Of a stretch of 64,000 nucleotides of DNA, positions 1 through 11,804 are shown piece by piece; the stretch's first letter is position 1, and every line of letters begins with the position of its first letter. The position numbers were made by a program, and so were the translations under genes. The stretch is from NCBI GenBank assembly GCA_959020415.1, contig CAUERX010000002.1, positions 13,498 to 77,497 on the forward strand, given 5' to 3'. The notes beneath the pieces are model-generated. The model saw nothing but the letters and a program-made list of their open reading frames with translations. It ran no database searches and had not been told where the DNA came from. The DNA is from an uncultured bacterium. GTDB lineage: Bacteria; Bacillota_I; Bacilli_A; RF39; UBA660.

Positions 1-250
1 TTTTAAGTTTAAAACAATAGAAGTAACATCTTCAACTACACCTTCAATAGTTTGGAACTCATGCATAACACCGTCAATTTTAACAGCAACGATAGCACTA
101 CCTGGCATGCTTGAAAGCATTACTCTTCTCAAGGCATTTCCTAAGGTTGTTCCGAAACCTCTTTCTAAAGGTTCTAATTCGAATTTTCCATAATTATTAT
201 TTTCAACATATTCTGTTATTTTATATACTGGTTTTTCAAAATTTAACATA
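1..250 (-). CDS. rpoA: DNA-directed RNA polymerase alpha subunit, N-terminal part (gene runs off window start)
   Basis: Reverse-complement of 1-250 translates [47 protein letters not shown]..., a typical RpoA N-terminus; lies downstream of rpsK as in the alpha operon. Confidence 0.85.
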
Positions 251-264
251 ATGACTCCCTTCTT

Positions 265-648
265 TTATCCGCGTGGTCGTTTTGGTGGACGACATCCGTT
301 ATGTGGGATAGGTGTTGTATCAGAAATTGAAGTAATTTCTAATCCTGCAGTTTGTAATGAACGAATTGCTGTTTCACGTCCAGAACCTAATCCTTTAGCG
401 TATACTTCAACTCTTTTCATACCCATTTCAGTAGCAGCTCTTCCAGCAGCTTCAGCAGCTTGACCTGCAGCGAATGGAGTTGACTTTTTACTACCTTTAA
501 ATCCTAATGTTCCAGCTGATGCCCAACTAATAGCATTTCCGTCTTTGTCAGTAAGAGTTACGATAGTATTGTTAAATGTTGAATGAATAAAGGCTTTTCC
601 TTCTGGAATATTTTTCTTAACTTTACGTTTTCTTGCTTTATAAGCCAT
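265..648 (-). CDS. rpsK: 30S ribosomal protein S11
   Basis: 127 aa [33 protein letters not shown]..., alpha-operon context. Confidence 0.9.
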   Translation of the reverse strand: MAYKARKRKVKKNIPEGKAFIHSTFNNTIVTLTDKDGNAISWASAGTLGFKGSKKSTPFAAGQAAEAAGRAATEMGMKRVEVYAKGLGSGRETAIRSLQTAGLEITSISDTTPIPHNGCRPPKRPRG

Positions 649-672
649 ATATAATAACCTCCTTCACGTTTA

Positions 673-1038
673 TTATTTTTTCTTGTTTGCGATTGTTGTA
701 GGTTTTCCTTTACGAGTACGAGCATTTCTGTTTGTTCTTTGTCCTCTAACTGGTAAACCTCTTTTATGACGAGTACCTTCGTAAGAATTGATTTCCATCT
801 TTGTTTTGATGTTCATATTAGTTTCGCGACGTAAGTCACCTTCTGTTAAATATTTATTAACTTCGTCACGAATAGCTACTAATTCTTCGTTTGTTAAATC
901 ACCCGCTTTTTTATCTTTATTAACTTTTGCATCTTTTAAAATTTGGTTTGATAAACTTCTACCAATACCATAGATATAAGTTAAAGCGATTTCGATTCTT
1001 TTATTGTTTGGTACATCTACACCTTTTATACGTGCCAT
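673..1038 (-). CDS. rpsM: 30S ribosomal protein S13 (start taken at internal MARIKGVDV)
   Basis: ORF 673-1086; conserved S13 N-terminus [26 protein letters not shown] begins at 1038. Confidence 0.9.
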   Translation of the reverse strand: MARIKGVDVPNNKRIEIALTYIYGIGRSLSNQILKDAKVNKDKKAGDLTNEELVAIRDEVNKYLTEGDLRRETNMNIKTKMEINSYEGTRHKRGLPVRGQRTNRNARTRKGKPTTIANKKK

Positions 1039-1051
1039 AAAACACCTCCTA

Positions 1052-1165
1052 TTAACCTTGTCTTTGTTTATGTTTTGGGTTGTCACAGATTACGTAAACT
1101 TTCCCTTTTCTTCTAACTATTTTACATTTGTCACATATTTTTTTGACTGATGGTCTTACTTTCAT
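1052..1165 (-). CDS. rpmJ: 50S ribosomal protein L36
   Basis: Not in the ORF track (37 aa); reverse-complement reads [37 protein letters not shown]. Confidence 0.85.
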   Translation of the reverse strand: MKVRPSVKKICDKCKIVRRKGKVYVICDNPKHKQRQG

Positions 1166-1178
1166 AATATACCTCCTA

Positions 1179-1394
1179 TTATTTTCTATAGGTTATACGC
1201 CCGCGTGTTAAGTCGTAAGGTGATAATTCCACAGTTACTTTGTCACCTTTTAAAATGCGGATATGGTTAAGGCGCATTTTACCAGAAACGCGAGCTTTTA
1301 TAACGTGTTTGTTTTCAAGGGTTACAACGAATTCACCGCCTGGGATTACTTCCACGACTAGTCCTTCTACTTCTATAACGTCTTGTTTGGCCAT
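1179..1394 (-). CDS. infA: translation initiation factor IF-1
   Basis: 71 aa [41 protein letters not shown]... Confidence 0.9.
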   Translation of the reverse strand: MAKQDVIEVEGLVVEVIPGGEFVVTLENKHVIKARVSGKMRLNHIRILKGDKVTVELSPYDLTRGRITYRK

Positions 1395-1398
1395 CTTA

Positions 1399-2145
1399 TC
1401 ACCTCCTGGTTAAAATTTCATATCCATCTTTAGTAATGAGAACTGTATGTTCAAAATGTGCGGATGGTTTATCATCAGCTGTTATGATTGTCCAATCATC
1501 ATCTAAAATGTATATATTTCTAGTGCCCAAATTAAGCATTGGTTCCACCGCAATAACCATTCCTTCTTTTAAAATAGGTCCGGTATGAGGATTACCATAG
1601 TTAGGAACATCCGGCTGTTCATGAACATCAGTTCCAACACCATGACCAACTAGTTCCTGAACTACTGCTAAATTATGAGCCTCTGCGTATTTACTAACAG
1701 CATGGCCAATATCACCTACTCTGATACCATCTTTTATGACAGAAAGTCCTTCAAATAAAGATTGTTCAGTATGTTTTAGTAAATACTCTTTTTCTTCTGA
1801 TATTTTTCCAACTGGGTAAGTCCATGCGGAATCACCATGATAGCCTTTATAACAGGCGCCAATATCAATGGAAATAATATCTCCTTCTTTTAATTTTCGA
1901 TTACTTGGTATTCCATGAACAACTTCTTCATTAATTGAAGCACAAATTGTTCCTGGAAATCCATCATACCCTTTGAATGATGGAGTTGCTCCTCTTTTTA
2001 TTATGTAATCGTACGCTAAATCGTCTAATTCCTTGGTTGTAATACCTGGTTTAATAAAAGGTTTTAAGTAATTATGTGTACTTCCAGTTATTTCACCAGC
2101 AATTCTTAAGAGTTCGATTTCTCTTGGAGTCTTAATGCTTATCAT
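1399..2145 (-). CDS. map: type I methionine aminopeptidase
   Basis: 248 aa; position between adk and infA as in the spc/alpha region of Firmicutes. Confidence 0.85.
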   Translation of the reverse strand: MISIKTPREIELLRIAGEITGSTHNYLKPFIKPGITTKELDDLAYDYIIKRGATPSFKGYDGFPGTICASINEEVVHGIPSNRKLKEGDIISIDIGACYKGYHGDSAWTYPVGKISEEKEYLLKHTEQSLFEGLSVIKDGIRVGDIGHAVSKYAEAHNLAVVQELVGHGVGTDVHEQPDVPNYGNPHTGPILKEGMVIAVEPMLNLGTRNIYILDDDWTIITADDKPSAHFEHTVLITKDGYEILTRR

Positions 2146-2779
2146 AAAGGCCTCCTATAATTTGTTCAATACCTTTAAAGGCATAATCCGAATTTTTACT
2201 GCTATCAACATGATAAGCCATATTCTTGCTTTCATAATACTTGATTAGCGGTGCAGTTTCTTTTTGATAAATTTGATAGCGTCTTTCAAATGTTTCCTTG
2301 CTATCATCATCACGGTTTATTAAATTACCATGACATTTATCACAAATACCTTCTTGTTTTGGCTTGCTTTCTTCAATTAAATCATTGAAAACTTCGCCAC
2401 AATTTGAGCATATTTTGCGGCCAATTATTCTTTTAGCGGCAATTTCTTTATCTAAATCTAATACGATAACAATGCCTTTATCTTTGTGAAGTTTTTCTAA
2501 CAATTCATCGTAAATTTTTGCTTGCTTAAGGTTTCTTGGAAAACCATCTAAGACATAGCCTTTATCACAATCATCTTCTTTTAGTCTTTCTTCTAGCAGT
2601 CTAGTAACTAATTCATCACTAGCAAATTGTCCTTGACTTAATTTATTTTGTAAATCTTCATCGTCAACATTTCGAAGCAAGTCACCAGTGGAAATATGAG
2701 GTAACCCATATTCCCTACTTACTTTAGCTGACTGTGTGCCCTTACCTGCCGCCGGAGGGGCGATAAAAGTTATATTCAT
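2132..2779 (-). CDS. adk: adenylate kinase (zinc-lid type, CxxC...CxxC)
   Basis: 215 aa; P-loop GAPGAGKGTQ-like APPAAGKGTQ, CSNCGEV...CDKCHG lid. Confidence 0.9.
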   Translation of the reverse strand: MNITFIAPPAAGKGTQSAKVSREYGLPHISTGDLLRNVDDEDLQNKLSQGQFASDELVTRLLEERLKEDDCDKGYVLDGFPRNLKQAKIYDELLEKLHKDKGIVIVLDLDKEIAAKRIIGRKICSNCGEVFNDLIEESKPKQEGICDKCHGNLINRDDDSKETFERRYQIYQKETAPLIKYYESKNMAYHVDSSKNSDYAFKGIEQIIGGLYDKH

Positions 2780-4041
2780 TAATGCCCTCTTCTTTTTTTG
2801 TAGCTTCGGCTAATTAGATTACTTTCAAGTTGTTTATATGCTTCTAAGACAACGGCAACAACGATTATCAAACCTGTACCACCTAGTGATACGGTTGTTG
2901 GTAAGGTTGAAATTGCTCCGAAGATATATGGTAGTCCTGCAATAACTGCTAGGAAAATTGAACCAACGATTGTAATTCTAATTAGAACTTTACTAACATA
3001 TTTTTCAGTTTCTGCTCCCGGGCGTACCCCAGGAATATATCCACCATTTTTCTGCAAGTTTTCTGATAATTCTTTTGGTTTGATTGTTACAAACGTATAG
3101 AAATATGAGAAAGCTACGATGAAAATAATGAATAAGATAAATCCAGTTACTGATGAAAGACTTAGCCATTTATTGACAAAAGCCATCCACGAATCGTTCT
3201 TTGAAAATTGAGCGATTAGGGCTGGAACTGAAATTAGGGCAGATGCGAAGATAACTGGTATAACACCTGCTGAATTTAATTTGAATGGCATATATGTTTG
3301 ATTACCACCATAACTACTTGTAGTTTTATTCGCATATTGTACGGGAATTCTTCTTTCAGCAAGCTGAACATATAGAACGCCCAAAATAATTGCGACATAA
3401 ACAAGAACAAAAACAATGAATGAAACAACACCTAAGAATGCACTTTGGGTTGTAGCAGTATTAACTAAAGTACTCCAAGCTTCAGTAAACATATATGGAG
3501 TAGATGCTAAGATACCGGCCATAATAATCATTGAAATACCGTTTCCTAAACCTTTAGTAGTGATTTGATCACCAATCCAAAGTAATAATGAGGTACCAGC
3601 AGTTAATACTAATGATACTTCTAGATAATCAATTACCTCACCATTTGGCATAAAGGCAAATGAGAACATATAACCTTGAACAAAGGCTAAAACAATACCT
3701 ACTATTCTTGTAATTTGATTAATTTTATTTCTTCCAGTTTGTCCTTGTTTTGATAATTCGGTAAAATACGGAATTATATCCATTTGCAGAAGTTGCATAA
3801 CAATTGATGCTGTGATGTATGGCATAACGCCTAAAGCAAAAATTGAGAAATTTTGCATGGCGCCACCGCCCATCATATCAAGTAGTTGTAAAAATCCAAC
3901 GTTTAAATTTTCGTTATCAACACCAGGAACAACAACAGCTGTTCCTAATTTAAAGATAAATAGGCATGCTAAGGTAAACCATATTTTTTTACGCAAATCT
4001 TTGTTAGCTGGGCTAAAGATCTGCTTAACCCATTTAAACAA
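2779..4041 (-). CDS. secY: preprotein translocase SecY
   Basis: 420 aa polytopic membrane protein following rplO. Confidence 0.9.
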   Translation of the reverse strand: MFKWVKQIFSPANKDLRKKIWFTLACLFIFKLGTAVVVPGVDNENLNVGFLQLLDMMGGGAMQNFSIFALGVMPYITASIVMQLLQMDIIPYFTELSKQGQTGRNKINQITRIVGIVLAFVQGYMFSFAFMPNGEVIDYLEVSLVLTAGTSLLLWIGDQITTKGLGNGISMIIMAGILASTPYMFTEAWSTLVNTATTQSAFLGVVSFIVFVLVYVAIILGVLYVQLAERRIPVQYANKTTSSYGGNQTYMPFKLNSAGVIPVIFASALISVPALIAQFSKNDSWMAFVNKWLSLSSVTGFILFIIFIVAFSYFYTFVTIKPKELSENLQKNGGYIPGVRPGAETEKYVSKVLIRITIVGSIFLAVIAGLPYIFGAISTLPTTVSLGGTGLIIVVAVVLEAYKQLESNLISRSYKKRRGH

Positions 4042-4485
4042 TTAGATCACCTCTGCTTTTCCACCTAATTTTTCTATCTGTTCTTTAGCGGTTTTAGAAA
4101 ATTTATTAGCTTTAACAGTTAATTTTTTTTCTAAAGTGCCATTTCCTAAAATTTTAAGTCCATCTAAGGTGTTCTTTACTAATCCCATGTTTTTTAAGAT
4201 TTCTGGAGTAATTTCTGCTCCATCTTCAAATTTATTTAAATCATCTAAGTTCATAATAGCATATACTTTTTTGAATCTGGCATTTGAGAAACCTCTTTTT
4301 GGAAGTCTTCTGAATAATGGTGTTTGACCACCTTCAAAGCCGATTCTTACGCCGCCACCACTTCTTGAGTTTTGACCGTTTTCACCGCGTCCAGCTGTTT
4401 TACCTGTGCCGCTTCCTGGTCCACGACCTACTCTTTTACGAGTTTTAGTTGCGTTTGGATTTGGTTTTACTGTATGTAATTTCAT
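4042..4485 (-). CDS. rplO: 50S ribosomal protein L15
   Basis: 147 aa, glycine/arginine-rich N-terminal region [17 protein letters not shown]. Confidence 0.9.
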   Translation of the reverse strand: MKLHTVKPNPNATKTRKRVGRGPGSGTGKTAGRGENGQNSRSGGGVRIGFEGGQTPLFRRLPKRGFSNARFKKVYAIMNLDDLNKFEDGAEITPEILKNMGLVKNTLDGLKILGNGTLEKKLTVKANKFSKTAKEQIEKLGGKAEVI

Positions 4486-4991
4486 TATAAAATCTCCTCC
4501 ACTTTTTTTCCACGTAATTTAGCTACTTGTTCAACAGTTTTTTGTTGTTTTAAAGCATCTAAAGTGGCATATGCCATATTAACTTTGGTATTTGAACCTA
4601 ATGATTTAGATAAAATATCTTTTACACCGGCAAGTTCTAGGACAGCTCTAACTGGTCCACCGGCTTTAACTCCTGTACCTTTAGAAGCTGGCTTAAGCAT
4701 AACTTTACTTGCCCCTCTTCTACCGATAGCTTCATGTGGGATAGTATGTTCATCTACTAATGCTACTTTAGTGATATTTTTAGTAGCGGCAGCAACGGCT
4801 TTTTTAATAGCATCTGGCACTTCAGCAGCTTTGCCTGAACCGATACCAACTTTACCTTTTCTGTCTCCTACAACTACAGTAGCAGCGAAACGTAATTGAC
4901 GACCACCTTTTGTTACTTTTGTAACACGTCCAATATTAATAACTTCTTCGTCATATAATTTTGGGCGAGGTTCTCTTCTTCTAGTTTCCAC
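4485..4991 (-). CDS. rpsE: 30S ribosomal protein S5 (no rpmD/L30 gene between S5 and L15)
   Basis: 168 aa; directly abuts rplO. Confidence 0.9.
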   Translation of the reverse strand: METRRREPRPKLYDEEVINIGRVTKVTKGGRQLRFAATVVVGDRKGKVGIGSGKAAEVPDAIKKAVAAATKNITKVALVDEHTIPHEAIGRRGASKVMLKPASKGTGVKAGGPVRAVLELAGVKDILSKSLGSNTKVNMAYATLDALKQQKTVEQVAKLRGKKVEEIL

Positions 4992-5004
4992 TTCTTTCCC
5001 TCCT

Positions 5005-5367
5005 TTAGAATTCTAATCCATTTTCGCGAGCAGCATCAGCTAATGCTTTAACACGCCCATGATATAAGTATCCGCCTCTATCGAATACTACTTTTGTAAT
5101 TTTTGCTTCTTTTGCTCTAATAGCCACTAATTCTCCGACTTTGGTAGCTGCTTCTATGTTTCCACCATTAACTAGATTCAATTCTTTATCAATTGAAGAA
5201 GCACTTACTAAAGTTTTACCCTCACTATCATCAATGATTTGAGCGAAGATATTGCTATTAGATCTAAACACGTTTAATCTAGGGATTTCAGTAGTTCCAG
5301 CGATTTTTGCTCTAACTCTGTCGTGTCTAGCAAGACGTACTTTATTACGATTTTCTTTTTTTATCAT
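5005..5367 (-). CDS. rplR: 50S ribosomal protein L18
   Basis: 120 aa. Confidence 0.85.
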   Translation of the reverse strand: MIKKENRNKVRLARHDRVRAKIAGTTEIPRLNVFRSNSNIFAQIIDDSEGKTLVSASSIDKELNLVNGGNIEAATKVGELVAIRAKEAKITKVVFDRGGYLYHGRVKALADAARENGLEF

Positions 5368-5392
5368 AATATCTTCTCCTTTATTTTTTTAA

Positions 5393-5923
5393 TTAAGCAG
5401 CTTTTTTACCAACTTTACGGATAATGTGTTCATCTTTATAACGAATACCTTTTCCTTTGTATGGTTCTGGTTTTCTAATTTTTCTAACATTTGCAGCGAA
5501 TTCACCAACTAATTGTTTATCAATTCCTTTAACTGTTAGTTCAGTGTTGCTTGGACTTTCTAAAGTGATGCCTGCTGGGATTTCTATATTTACTGGATGA
5601 GAATATCCGGCAGTTACGACTAATTCATTTCCCTTAATAGCGAAACGATATCCAACACCTACTGATTCTAATTTCTTTTCAAAACCTTCTGTTACACCAA
5701 CAATCATATTTTGAATGTTAGCGTTAGCTGTTCCGTGGAAGTTTTTATATTCATCGTTTTTTCTTTCAACGATAACTTCATTTCCTTCTACTTTAACTGT
5801 AATGTGTTTGTTTATTTCAGTAGAAAGTTCTCCCTTTGGACCTTTAACTGTAACGATGTTGCCATCAGTAGTTAATGTAACATTTTCAGGTAATGAAAGT
5901 ACTCTGTTTCCAATTCGACTCAT
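5393..5923 (-). CDS. rplF: 50S ribosomal protein L6 (start at MSRIGNRVL)
   Basis: ORF 5393-5947; canonical L6 N-terminus MSRIGNRVL. Confidence 0.85.
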   Translation of the reverse strand: MSRIGNRVLSLPENVTLTTDGNIVTVKGPKGELSTEINKHITVKVEGNEVIVERKNDEYKNFHGTANANIQNMIVGVTEGFEKKLESVGVGYRFAIKGNELVVTAGYSHPVNIEIPAGITLESPSNTELTVKGIDKQLVGEFAANVRKIRKPEPYKGKGIRYKDEHIIRKVGKKAA

Positions 5924-5940
5924 TTTACTTTCCTCACTTT

Positions 5941-6336
5941 CTACCAAACGTATGCTAAAACTTCGCCACCTAATGATTTGGCTTTAGCATCCTTACCAGT
6001 CATAACACCTTGTGATGTAGAGACGATAGCGATGCCTAGTCCGTTTAAAACTTGTGGCATGTCTGAAGCTTTTGCATATACACGTAATCCTGGTTTAGAA
6101 ATTCTCTTTAGTCCTGTAATTACGCGTTCTTTTTTATCTCCATATTTTAGAGTTAATACTATTGTATTTTGAATATTCTTTTCTACAACTTTGTAGTTAG
6201 CGATATATCCTTCTTCTTTTAAAATCTTTGCGATTTCTTCTTTGATGTTTGAAGCGGGTACTTCAACTTCGATGTATCGCATTTGATTAGCATTACGAAT
6301 TCTCGTAAGCATATCAGCGATTGGATCTGATACCAT
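5941..6336 (-). CDS. rpsH: 30S ribosomal protein S8
   Basis: 131 aa [18 protein letters not shown]... Confidence 0.9.
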   Translation of the reverse strand: MVSDPIADMLTRIRNANQMRYIEVEVPASNIKEEIAKILKEEGYIANYKVVEKNIQNTIVLTLKYGDKKERVITGLKRISKPGLRVYAKASDMPQVLNGLGIAIVSTSQGVMTGKDAKAKSLGGEVLAYVW

Positions 6337-6365
6337 CTATATCCTCCCTTCATTTTGCCAAGTGA

Positions 6366-6551
6366 TTACCAACTTGATTTAGTAACTCCTGGTATTTGTC
6401 CTTTATAAGCTAAGTTTCTGAAGCAAATACGGCAAATTCCATATTTTTTAAGTACTGAATGTGGTCTTCCACAAATTTGGCAACGTGTATAAGCACGTAC
6501 TTTGTACTTTGGCTTTCTGTTAGCTTTTACAATCATACTTTTTCTAGCCAT
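6366..6551 (-). CDS. rpsN: 30S ribosomal protein S14 type Z (zinc-binding, 61 aa)
   Basis: CQICGRP...CRICFR Cys motif, 61 aa. Confidence 0.9.
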   Translation of the reverse strand: MARKSMIVKANRKPKYKVRAYTRCQICGRPHSVLKKYGICRICFRNLAYKGQIPGVTKSSW

Positions 6552-6568
6552 AATTTCCTCCTAATTTG

Positions 6569-7111
6569 TTATTTTTTAAATGGCATACCGAAACCTTTAA
6601 GTAAGTCTAATGCTTCTTCATTAGTTTTTGCAGTCGTTACAAATACGATATCCATTCCACGCACTTTAACAACATTATCATATTCTATTTCTGAGAAAAT
6701 TAATTGTTCGTTAAGACCTAAAGTGTAGTTTCCTCTACCATCAAATGATTTTGGACTAATTCCTCTAAAGTCTCTAACACGTGGTAATGTAATACTAATT
6801 AGTTTGTCTAAAAAGTTATACATGTTTTCACCTCTTAAAGTTACTTTACAACCAATTGCTTGGCCTTCACGAACTTTAAATCCAGAGATAGCTTTTTTAG
6901 CTTTAGTAACAATAGGCTTTTGTCCAGTGATGATTTTTAAATCTTCTACAGCAGCATCTAATAGCTTACTATTTGAAGTAGCATCACCAACACCCATATT
7001 TACAACTATTTTATCTAATTTAGGTAGTTCCATTACACTTTTATAATTATATTTTTCTCTTAAACTAGGTACGATTTCTTTACTATACTTTTCTTGTAGG
7101 CGGTTCATATA
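6569..7111 (-). CDS. rplE: 50S ribosomal protein L5 (start at MNRLQEKY)
   Basis: ORF 6569-7144; conserved L5 N-terminus. Confidence 0.85.
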   Translation of the reverse strand, partial: YMNRLQEKYSKEIVPSLREKYNYKSVMELPKLDKIVVNMGVGDATSNSKLLDAAVEDLKIITGQKPIVTKAKKAISGFKVREGQAIGCKVTLRGENMYNFLDKLISITLPRVRDFRGISPKSFDGRGNYTLGLNEQLIFSEIEYDNVVKVRGMDIVFVTTAKTNEEALDLLKGFGMPFKK

Positions 7112-7127
7112 TACCCTCCTTTCAGGT

Positions 7128-7436
7128 TTAGTCAAGCTTTTCATTGGATTTTCTTGACGTTCTTATTTTCTTACCATCTTTTGTAGTAGTGTGTCCGATT
7201 CTAGTTCCCTTTTTGGTTTTAGGATCAATTATCATAACGTTAGATGCATGAATTGGTCTTTCGATTTCGATAATTTCACCATTTTGTCCACCGTTTGGTT
7301 TAACATGCTTATGGGCGATATTAACACCTTCAACGATGACTTTATCATCGGCTTTAAGGGTTTTTATAATTTTGCCTTCTTTGCCTTTGTCTTTACCAGC
7401 AATGACAACTACTTTATCTCCTTGTTTTAATTTCAT
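7128..7436 (-). CDS. rplX: 50S ribosomal protein L24
   Basis: 102 aa [23 protein letters not shown] (KOW motif). Confidence 0.9.
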   Translation of the reverse strand: MKLKQGDKVVVIAGKDKGKEGKIIKTLKADDKVIVEGVNIAHKHVKPNGGQNGEIIEIERPIHASNVMIIDPKTKKGTRIGHTTTKDGKKIRTSRKSNEKLD

Positions 7437-7453
7437 ATTATTCCTCCAAACGA

Positions 7454-7822
7454 TTATAGTACTTCTTTTGCAAGTGATACTATTTTCATAAAATCTTTCT
7501 CACGTAATTCACGTGCAACTGGTCCAAAGACACGAGTTCCAACTGGTGATTTATCGTCTTTGATGATGATGCATGCATTGTCATCAAACTTGATATAAGA
7601 CCCGTCTTCTCTTCTTAAACCTTGTTTTGTTCTAACGATTACTGCTTTAACAACTTTTCCTTTGCCAACAGTACCGTTTGGTGTTGCCTGTTTAACAGTT
7701 CCAACAACTATATCTCCAATGTTACCGGTTTTAACTTTGCTGCCTCCTAACACTCCAATGACTAACAGTTTGCGAGCACCAGAATTGTCAGCTACTTTTA
7801 ATACGGTTTCTGGTTGAATCAT
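7454..7822 (-). CDS. rplN: 50S ribosomal protein L14
   Basis: 122 aa [20 protein letters not shown]. Confidence 0.9.
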   Translation of the reverse strand: MIQPETVLKVADNSGARKLLVIGVLGGSKVKTGNIGDIVVGTVKQATPNGTVGKGKVVKAVIVRTKQGLRREDGSYIKFDDNACIIIKDDKSPVGTRVFGPVARELREKDFMKIVSLAKEVL

Positions 7823-7844
7823 ATTATTCCTCCTTTATTTTGAG

Positions 7845-8099
7845 TTATAAAATAACTGCTTTTTCAACTATTTCTACTAAACGATAATGTTTAGTCTTTG
7901 ATAGTGGCCTAGTCTCGACAATTCTTACTGTGTCACCAAGTCCAGCAATATTATGCTCATCATGTACAGTATATTTCTTTGAATAAATTGCTCTTTTCTT
8001 ATATTTTGTATTTGTTCTATAAGTAGAAACTACAACTTGTATAGTTTTATTGTTTTTTATACTAGTAACCTTTCCAATTAATTCATGTTTTCTTTCCAT
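7845..8099 (-). CDS. rpsQ: 30S ribosomal protein S17
   Basis: 84 aa. Confidence 0.85.
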   Translation of the reverse strand: MERKHELIGKVTSIKNNKTIQVVVSTYRTNTKYKKRAIYSKKYTVHDEHNIAGLGDTVRIVETRPLSKTKHYRLVEIVEKAVIL

Positions 8100-8108
8100 A
8101 ATAACCTC

Positions 8109-8303
8109 CTAGTCTTGCATTTCGCGTTCACGTAAGATTGTTTTCATACGTGCGACAGCCTTTCTAAGTTCTTTGATTCTAGCTGGCTTTTCAAGACTAC
8201 CAGTAGCTTGGCTGAAACGTAGATTAAATAATTCTTCTTTGCATTCAGCGATTTTTGCTTTTAAATCTTCATCGCTTAATTCTCTTAGTTCATTACTTTT
8301 CAT
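8109..8303 (-). CDS. rpmC: 50S ribosomal protein L29
   Basis: ORF to 8315; [14 protein letters not shown] start. Confidence 0.8.
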   Translation of the reverse strand: MKSNELRELSDEDLKAKIAECKEELFNLRFSQATGSLEKPARIKELRKAVARMKTILREREMQD

Positions 8304-8724
8304 TTGCCTCACCACTTTCTTTCTTTACAAACTTACACTTAATTGGAAGTTTATGCATTGCTAAACGTAATGCTTCGCGTGCTACTTCCTCACTTACTCC
8401 GGCTACTTCGAACATAACTTTACCTTTTTTAACTACAGCAACCCACTCTTCTGGAGCTCCTTTACCTTTACCTTGACGTGTTTCAAGAGGTTTCTTTGTT
8501 AATGATAAGTGTGGGAAAATATTAATCCATACTTTTCCTCCACGTTTCATGTAACGAGTCATGGCTACACGAGCTGCTTCAATTTGTCGTTGAGTAATCC
8601 AAGCGCCTTCAAGAGCTTGCAAACCATATTCTCCAAAATGGACTGTTTTATTTCCTCTAGTTTCGCCATCGTATCTTAAACGATGTGGACGACGATATTT
8701 AGTTTTCTTTGGAATGACTGCCAT
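8293..8724 (-). CDS. rplP: 50S ribosomal protein L16 (start at [12 protein letters not shown])
   Basis: ORF 8293-8829 overlaps rpsC; internal start gives canonical L16 N-terminus. Confidence 0.8.
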   Translation of the reverse strand: MAVIPKKTKYRRPHRLRYDGETRGNKTVHFGEYGLQALEGAWITQRQIEAARVAMTRYMKRGGKVWINIFPHLSLTKKPLETRQGKGKGAPEEWVAVVKKGKVMFEVAGVSEEVAREALRLAMHKLPIKCKFVKKESGEANEK

Positions 8725-9379
8725 TGCTATTACCTCCCTTGTTTTTCTTTTCAGGAAGGATTTCTCCTTTATAAATCCATACTTTGACACCGATTTTACC
8801 GTAAACGGTATTTGCTTCTTTATGAGCATAATCTACATCAGCTCTTAAAGTATGAAGCGGAACTGTTCCCTCAGTATAATGTTCGCTTCTAGCAATTTCT
8901 GCTCCATTTAAACGTCCTGATACTTGAGTTTTAATTCCTTTTGCTCCTGATTTCATTACATTTCTAATCGCTTTCTTTTGAGCTACTCTAAATGATACGC
9001 GATTTTCAATTTGATGAGCAATGTTTTCAGCAACTAGTGCCGCTACCATATTAGGGTTTTTAATTTCCTTGATTGAAATATGAATATTTTCATTAACAAC
9101 TTTGGATAATTCTTTTTTTAACTTTTCAATTTCATCTCCACCGTGACCGATTACCACACCAGGTTTAGCTGTGTTGATAATAACTTCGGTCTTATCGGCG
9201 CTTCTTTCAATAAGAATATTTGAAACTGCTGCGTCTTTTAATTTTTTTTCTAGATATTTACGGATTTGGTAATCGTTATTTAGGTATTTAGCAAAATCTT
9301 TACCTTCGGCATACCAATTCGATTCCCAACCTTTGTTGATCCCGATTCTAAGTCCGACTGGACTAACCTTTTGACCCAT
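8699..9379 (-). CDS. rpsC: 30S ribosomal protein S3
   Basis: 226 aa [24 protein letters not shown]. Confidence 0.9.
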   Translation of the reverse strand: MGQKVSPVGLRIGINKGWESNWYAEGKDFAKYLNNDYQIRKYLEKKLKDAAVSNILIERSADKTEVIINTAKPGVVIGHGGDEIEKLKKELSKVVNENIHISIKEIKNPNMVAALVAENIAHQIENRVSFRVAQKKAIRNVMKSGAKGIKTQVSGRLNGAEIARSEHYTEGTVPLHTLRADVDYAHKEANTVYGKIGVKVWIYKGEILPEKKNKGGNSNGSHSKEN

Positions 9380-9396
9380 CAGTTTACCTCCTTCGT

Positions 9397-9732
9397 TTAA
9401 TTTTTCTCACTTACAACTACTGTAATGTGGCTTGTTCTTTTTAAGATAGGATCTGGACGACCTTTAGCGCCAGCTCTACCTCTTTTCATTGTTTTACCTT
9501 CATTTATATAAGCTTCTTTAACATAAAGATTTTCTTTGTCTAATTCTAGATTGTTTTCAGCGTTAGCTACAGCTGATGTTAAAACTTTACGAATTAATCT
9601 TGAAGCTTCTTTATTAAGGTTTGCTAAAATCTTATCAGCCTCAGCTACGTCCTTACCACGTATTAAATCGATAACCAGACGAGCTTTTCTTGGAGCGATT
9701 CTAACGCCCTTAGCAATTGCTTTTGCTTCCAT
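9397..9732 (-). CDS. rplV: 50S ribosomal protein L22
   Basis: 111 aa. Confidence 0.85.
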   Translation of the reverse strand: MEAKAIAKGVRIAPRKARLVIDLIRGKDVAEADKILANLNKEASRLIRKVLTSAVANAENNLELDKENLYVKEAYINEGKTMKRGRAGAKGRPDPILKRTSHITVVVSEKN

Positions 9733-9750
9733 TTATATCATCCTTTCTGG

Positions 9751-10029
9751 TTATTTTTTACCTTTTTTCTTGTCGTCACCGTGACCACCAAATTTACGTG
9801 TTGGTGCGAATTCTCCTAATTTATGTCCAACCATATCTTCTGTTACATAAACAGGAATAAATTCTTTACCATTATGAACAGCAAATGTGTGTCCAATAAA
9901 TTCAGGATAAATTGTAGAACGGCGAGACCATGTTTTAATTACTTCTTTTTTTCCAGATTCGTTTACATTAGCAACCTTTTTCATTAAATGTTCATCAATG
10001 AAAGGTCCCTTTTTTAAACTTCTAGCCAT
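9751..10029 (-). CDS. rpsS: 30S ribosomal protein S19
   Basis: 92 aa [15 protein letters not shown]. Confidence 0.9.
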   Translation of the reverse strand: MARSLKKGPFIDEHLMKKVANVNESGKKEVIKTWSRRSTIYPEFIGHTFAVHNGKEFIPVYVTEDMVGHKLGEFAPTRKFGGHGDDKKKGKK

Positions 10030-10045
10030 TTATAATCATCCTTTC

Positions 10046-10876
10046 TTATTTTTTACGACGACGTACAATTAACTTACTTGAAGCCTTTTTCTTATCACGT
10101 GTCTTATATCCAAGTGCTGGTTTACCCCATGGAGTCATTGGTGCTTTGCGTCCGATCGGAGCGCGTCCTTCTCCACCACCATGTGGATGGTCGTTAGGGT
10201 TCATAACTGAACCACGAACCGTAGGTCTAACACCCATGTGTCTTTTTCTTCCAGCTTTACCAATATTTACTAGCTCATAATCAGCATTACCAACTTCACC
10301 GATTGTAGCACGGCAAACGCTTAAAACTTTTCTAACTTCGCCACTTGTTAAACGTAGTAAAGTATAATTTCCTTCGCGTCCTAATATTTGAACACTAGCA
10401 CCGGCACTTCTTGCCATTTGACCACCTTTACCAGGTTTCATTTCAATATTGTGAACCAATGTTCCTTCTGGAATGTTTGCAAGTGGTAGACTATTACCAA
10501 CTTTAATGTCAGCGTTTTCTCCACTTTCGATTTTCATTCCAACTTTTAAGCCTTTTGGAGCGATAATATATCTTTTTTCTCCATCGGCATAATTAATTAA
10601 AGCAATGTTAGCACTTCTGTTTGGGTCGTATTCGATTGAAGCTACTTTTCCAACAACACCATCTTTATTTCTTTTGAAATCGATGATACGATATTTTCTT
10701 TTAGCTCCGCCACCTTGGTGTCTTACTGTGATTCGACCTTGGTTATTACGACCAGCTTTTTTCTTAATTGTAGTAACTAATGATTTTTCTGGAGTAGTTT
10801 TTGTGATTTCATCGTTTGTCAAAGTTGTCATTCCACGTCTACCATTAGTTATTGGTTTATACGATTTGATCGCCAT
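10046..10876 (-). CDS. rplB: 50S ribosomal protein L2
   Basis: 276 aa. Confidence 0.9.
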   Translation of the reverse strand: MAIKSYKPITNGRRGMTTLTNDEITKTTPEKSLVTTIKKKAGRNNQGRITVRHQGGGAKRKYRIIDFKRNKDGVVGKVASIEYDPNRSANIALINYADGEKRYIIAPKGLKVGMKIESGENADIKVGNSLPLANIPEGTLVHNIEMKPGKGGQMARSAGASVQILGREGNYTLLRLTSGEVRKVLSVCRATIGEVGNADYELVNIGKAGRKRHMGVRPTVRGSVMNPNDHPHGGGEGRAPIGRKAPMTPWGKPALGYKTRDKKKASSKLIVRRRKK

Positions 10877-10894
10877 ATGTATCCTCCCTTAAGT

Positions 10895-11170
10895 TTAATT
10901 AAGTTCGATTGAACTTCCTTCTTTTAATTTAACAATTGCTTTTTTTACTCTATTTGTTTTACCAGCGTAACGACCTACTCTTTTTTTCTTAGGCTTTACG
11001 TTGATTGTATTAACACTTTCAACTTTAACATCGAAAATAGCCTCTACTGCTTGTTTGATTTGCGTTTTGTTGGCTTTTATATCAACGCTAAATACGATTG
11101 TGTTGTTGTTTGCTAAATCAGAAGTTTTTTCTGTAATGATTGGAGCTTTTATAACGTCTCTATGTTCCAT
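10895..11170 (-). CDS. rplW: 50S ribosomal protein L23
   Basis: 91 aa. Confidence 0.85.
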   Translation of the reverse strand: MEHRDVIKAPIITEKTSDLANNNTIVFSVDIKANKTQIKQAVEAIFDVKVESVNTINVKPKKKRVGRYAGKTNRVKKAIVKLKEGSSIELN

Positions 11171-11793
11171 TACGCAAGCACCTCCTCTATAGCTTTAACC
11201 GCATCTTCAGTAATCACTAAAGTGTCAGCTGCGATAATATCTAATGTACTAATTTCACTATTTTGTAATAATACAACATTTGGAATATTACGAGTGCTTA
11301 AGATCACATTGTCTGTAAGTTCGCTAACTACGATTAAAACCTTTTTTTCTGCTTTGATAGCTTCTAAAATTTTAAGCATATCTTTTGTTTTATTTGTTTC
11401 GATATTTAAATTATCTAGTACAATAATTCCTTTGTCTTGAACTTTATAAGATAGAGCAGATTTAAGAGCTAAAACCCTTTCTTTCTTATTCATCTTTTTG
11501 TTATAAGTTCTTGGTTTTGGTCCGAAGACAATTCCGCCTCCTGGCCATTGTGGAGCTCTAGTACTACCTTGTCTAGCACGTCCAGTACCTTTTTGTCTCC
11601 AAGGCTTTTTTCCGCCTCCACTTACTTCACTACGTGTTTTTGTACTATGAGTACCTTGTCTTTGAGAATTTCTAGCTAATGTAATAGCATCGTATAATAC
11701 AGCATCATTTGGAGTGATACCCCATACTGTTTCATTTAAAGTGATGTCTCCAACTTTTTCACCTTTTATATTTAATACAGAATTCTTTTTCAT
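11170..11793 (-). CDS. rplD: 50S ribosomal protein L4
   Basis: 207 aa. Confidence 0.85.
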   Translation of the reverse strand: MKKNSVLNIKGEKVGDITLNETVWGITPNDAVLYDAITLARNSQRQGTHSTKTRSEVSGGGKKPWRQKGTGRARQGSTRAPQWPGGGIVFGPKPRTYNKKMNKKERVLALKSALSYKVQDKGIIVLDNLNIETNKTKDMLKILEAIKAEKKVLIVVSELTDNVILSTRNIPNVVLLQNSEISTLDIIAADTLVITEDAVKAIEEVLA

Positions 11794-11804
11794 GTCCTAT
11801 CCTC

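Noticed and set aside
4564-4899. Plus-strand ORFs inside the ribosomal cluster (e.g. 4564-4899, 5715-5987, 6459-6728, 10605-10892, 11162-11440)
   Set aside because: They lie antisense and fully inside highly conserved ribosomal protein genes, with low-complexity translations; they are frame-shadow ORFs
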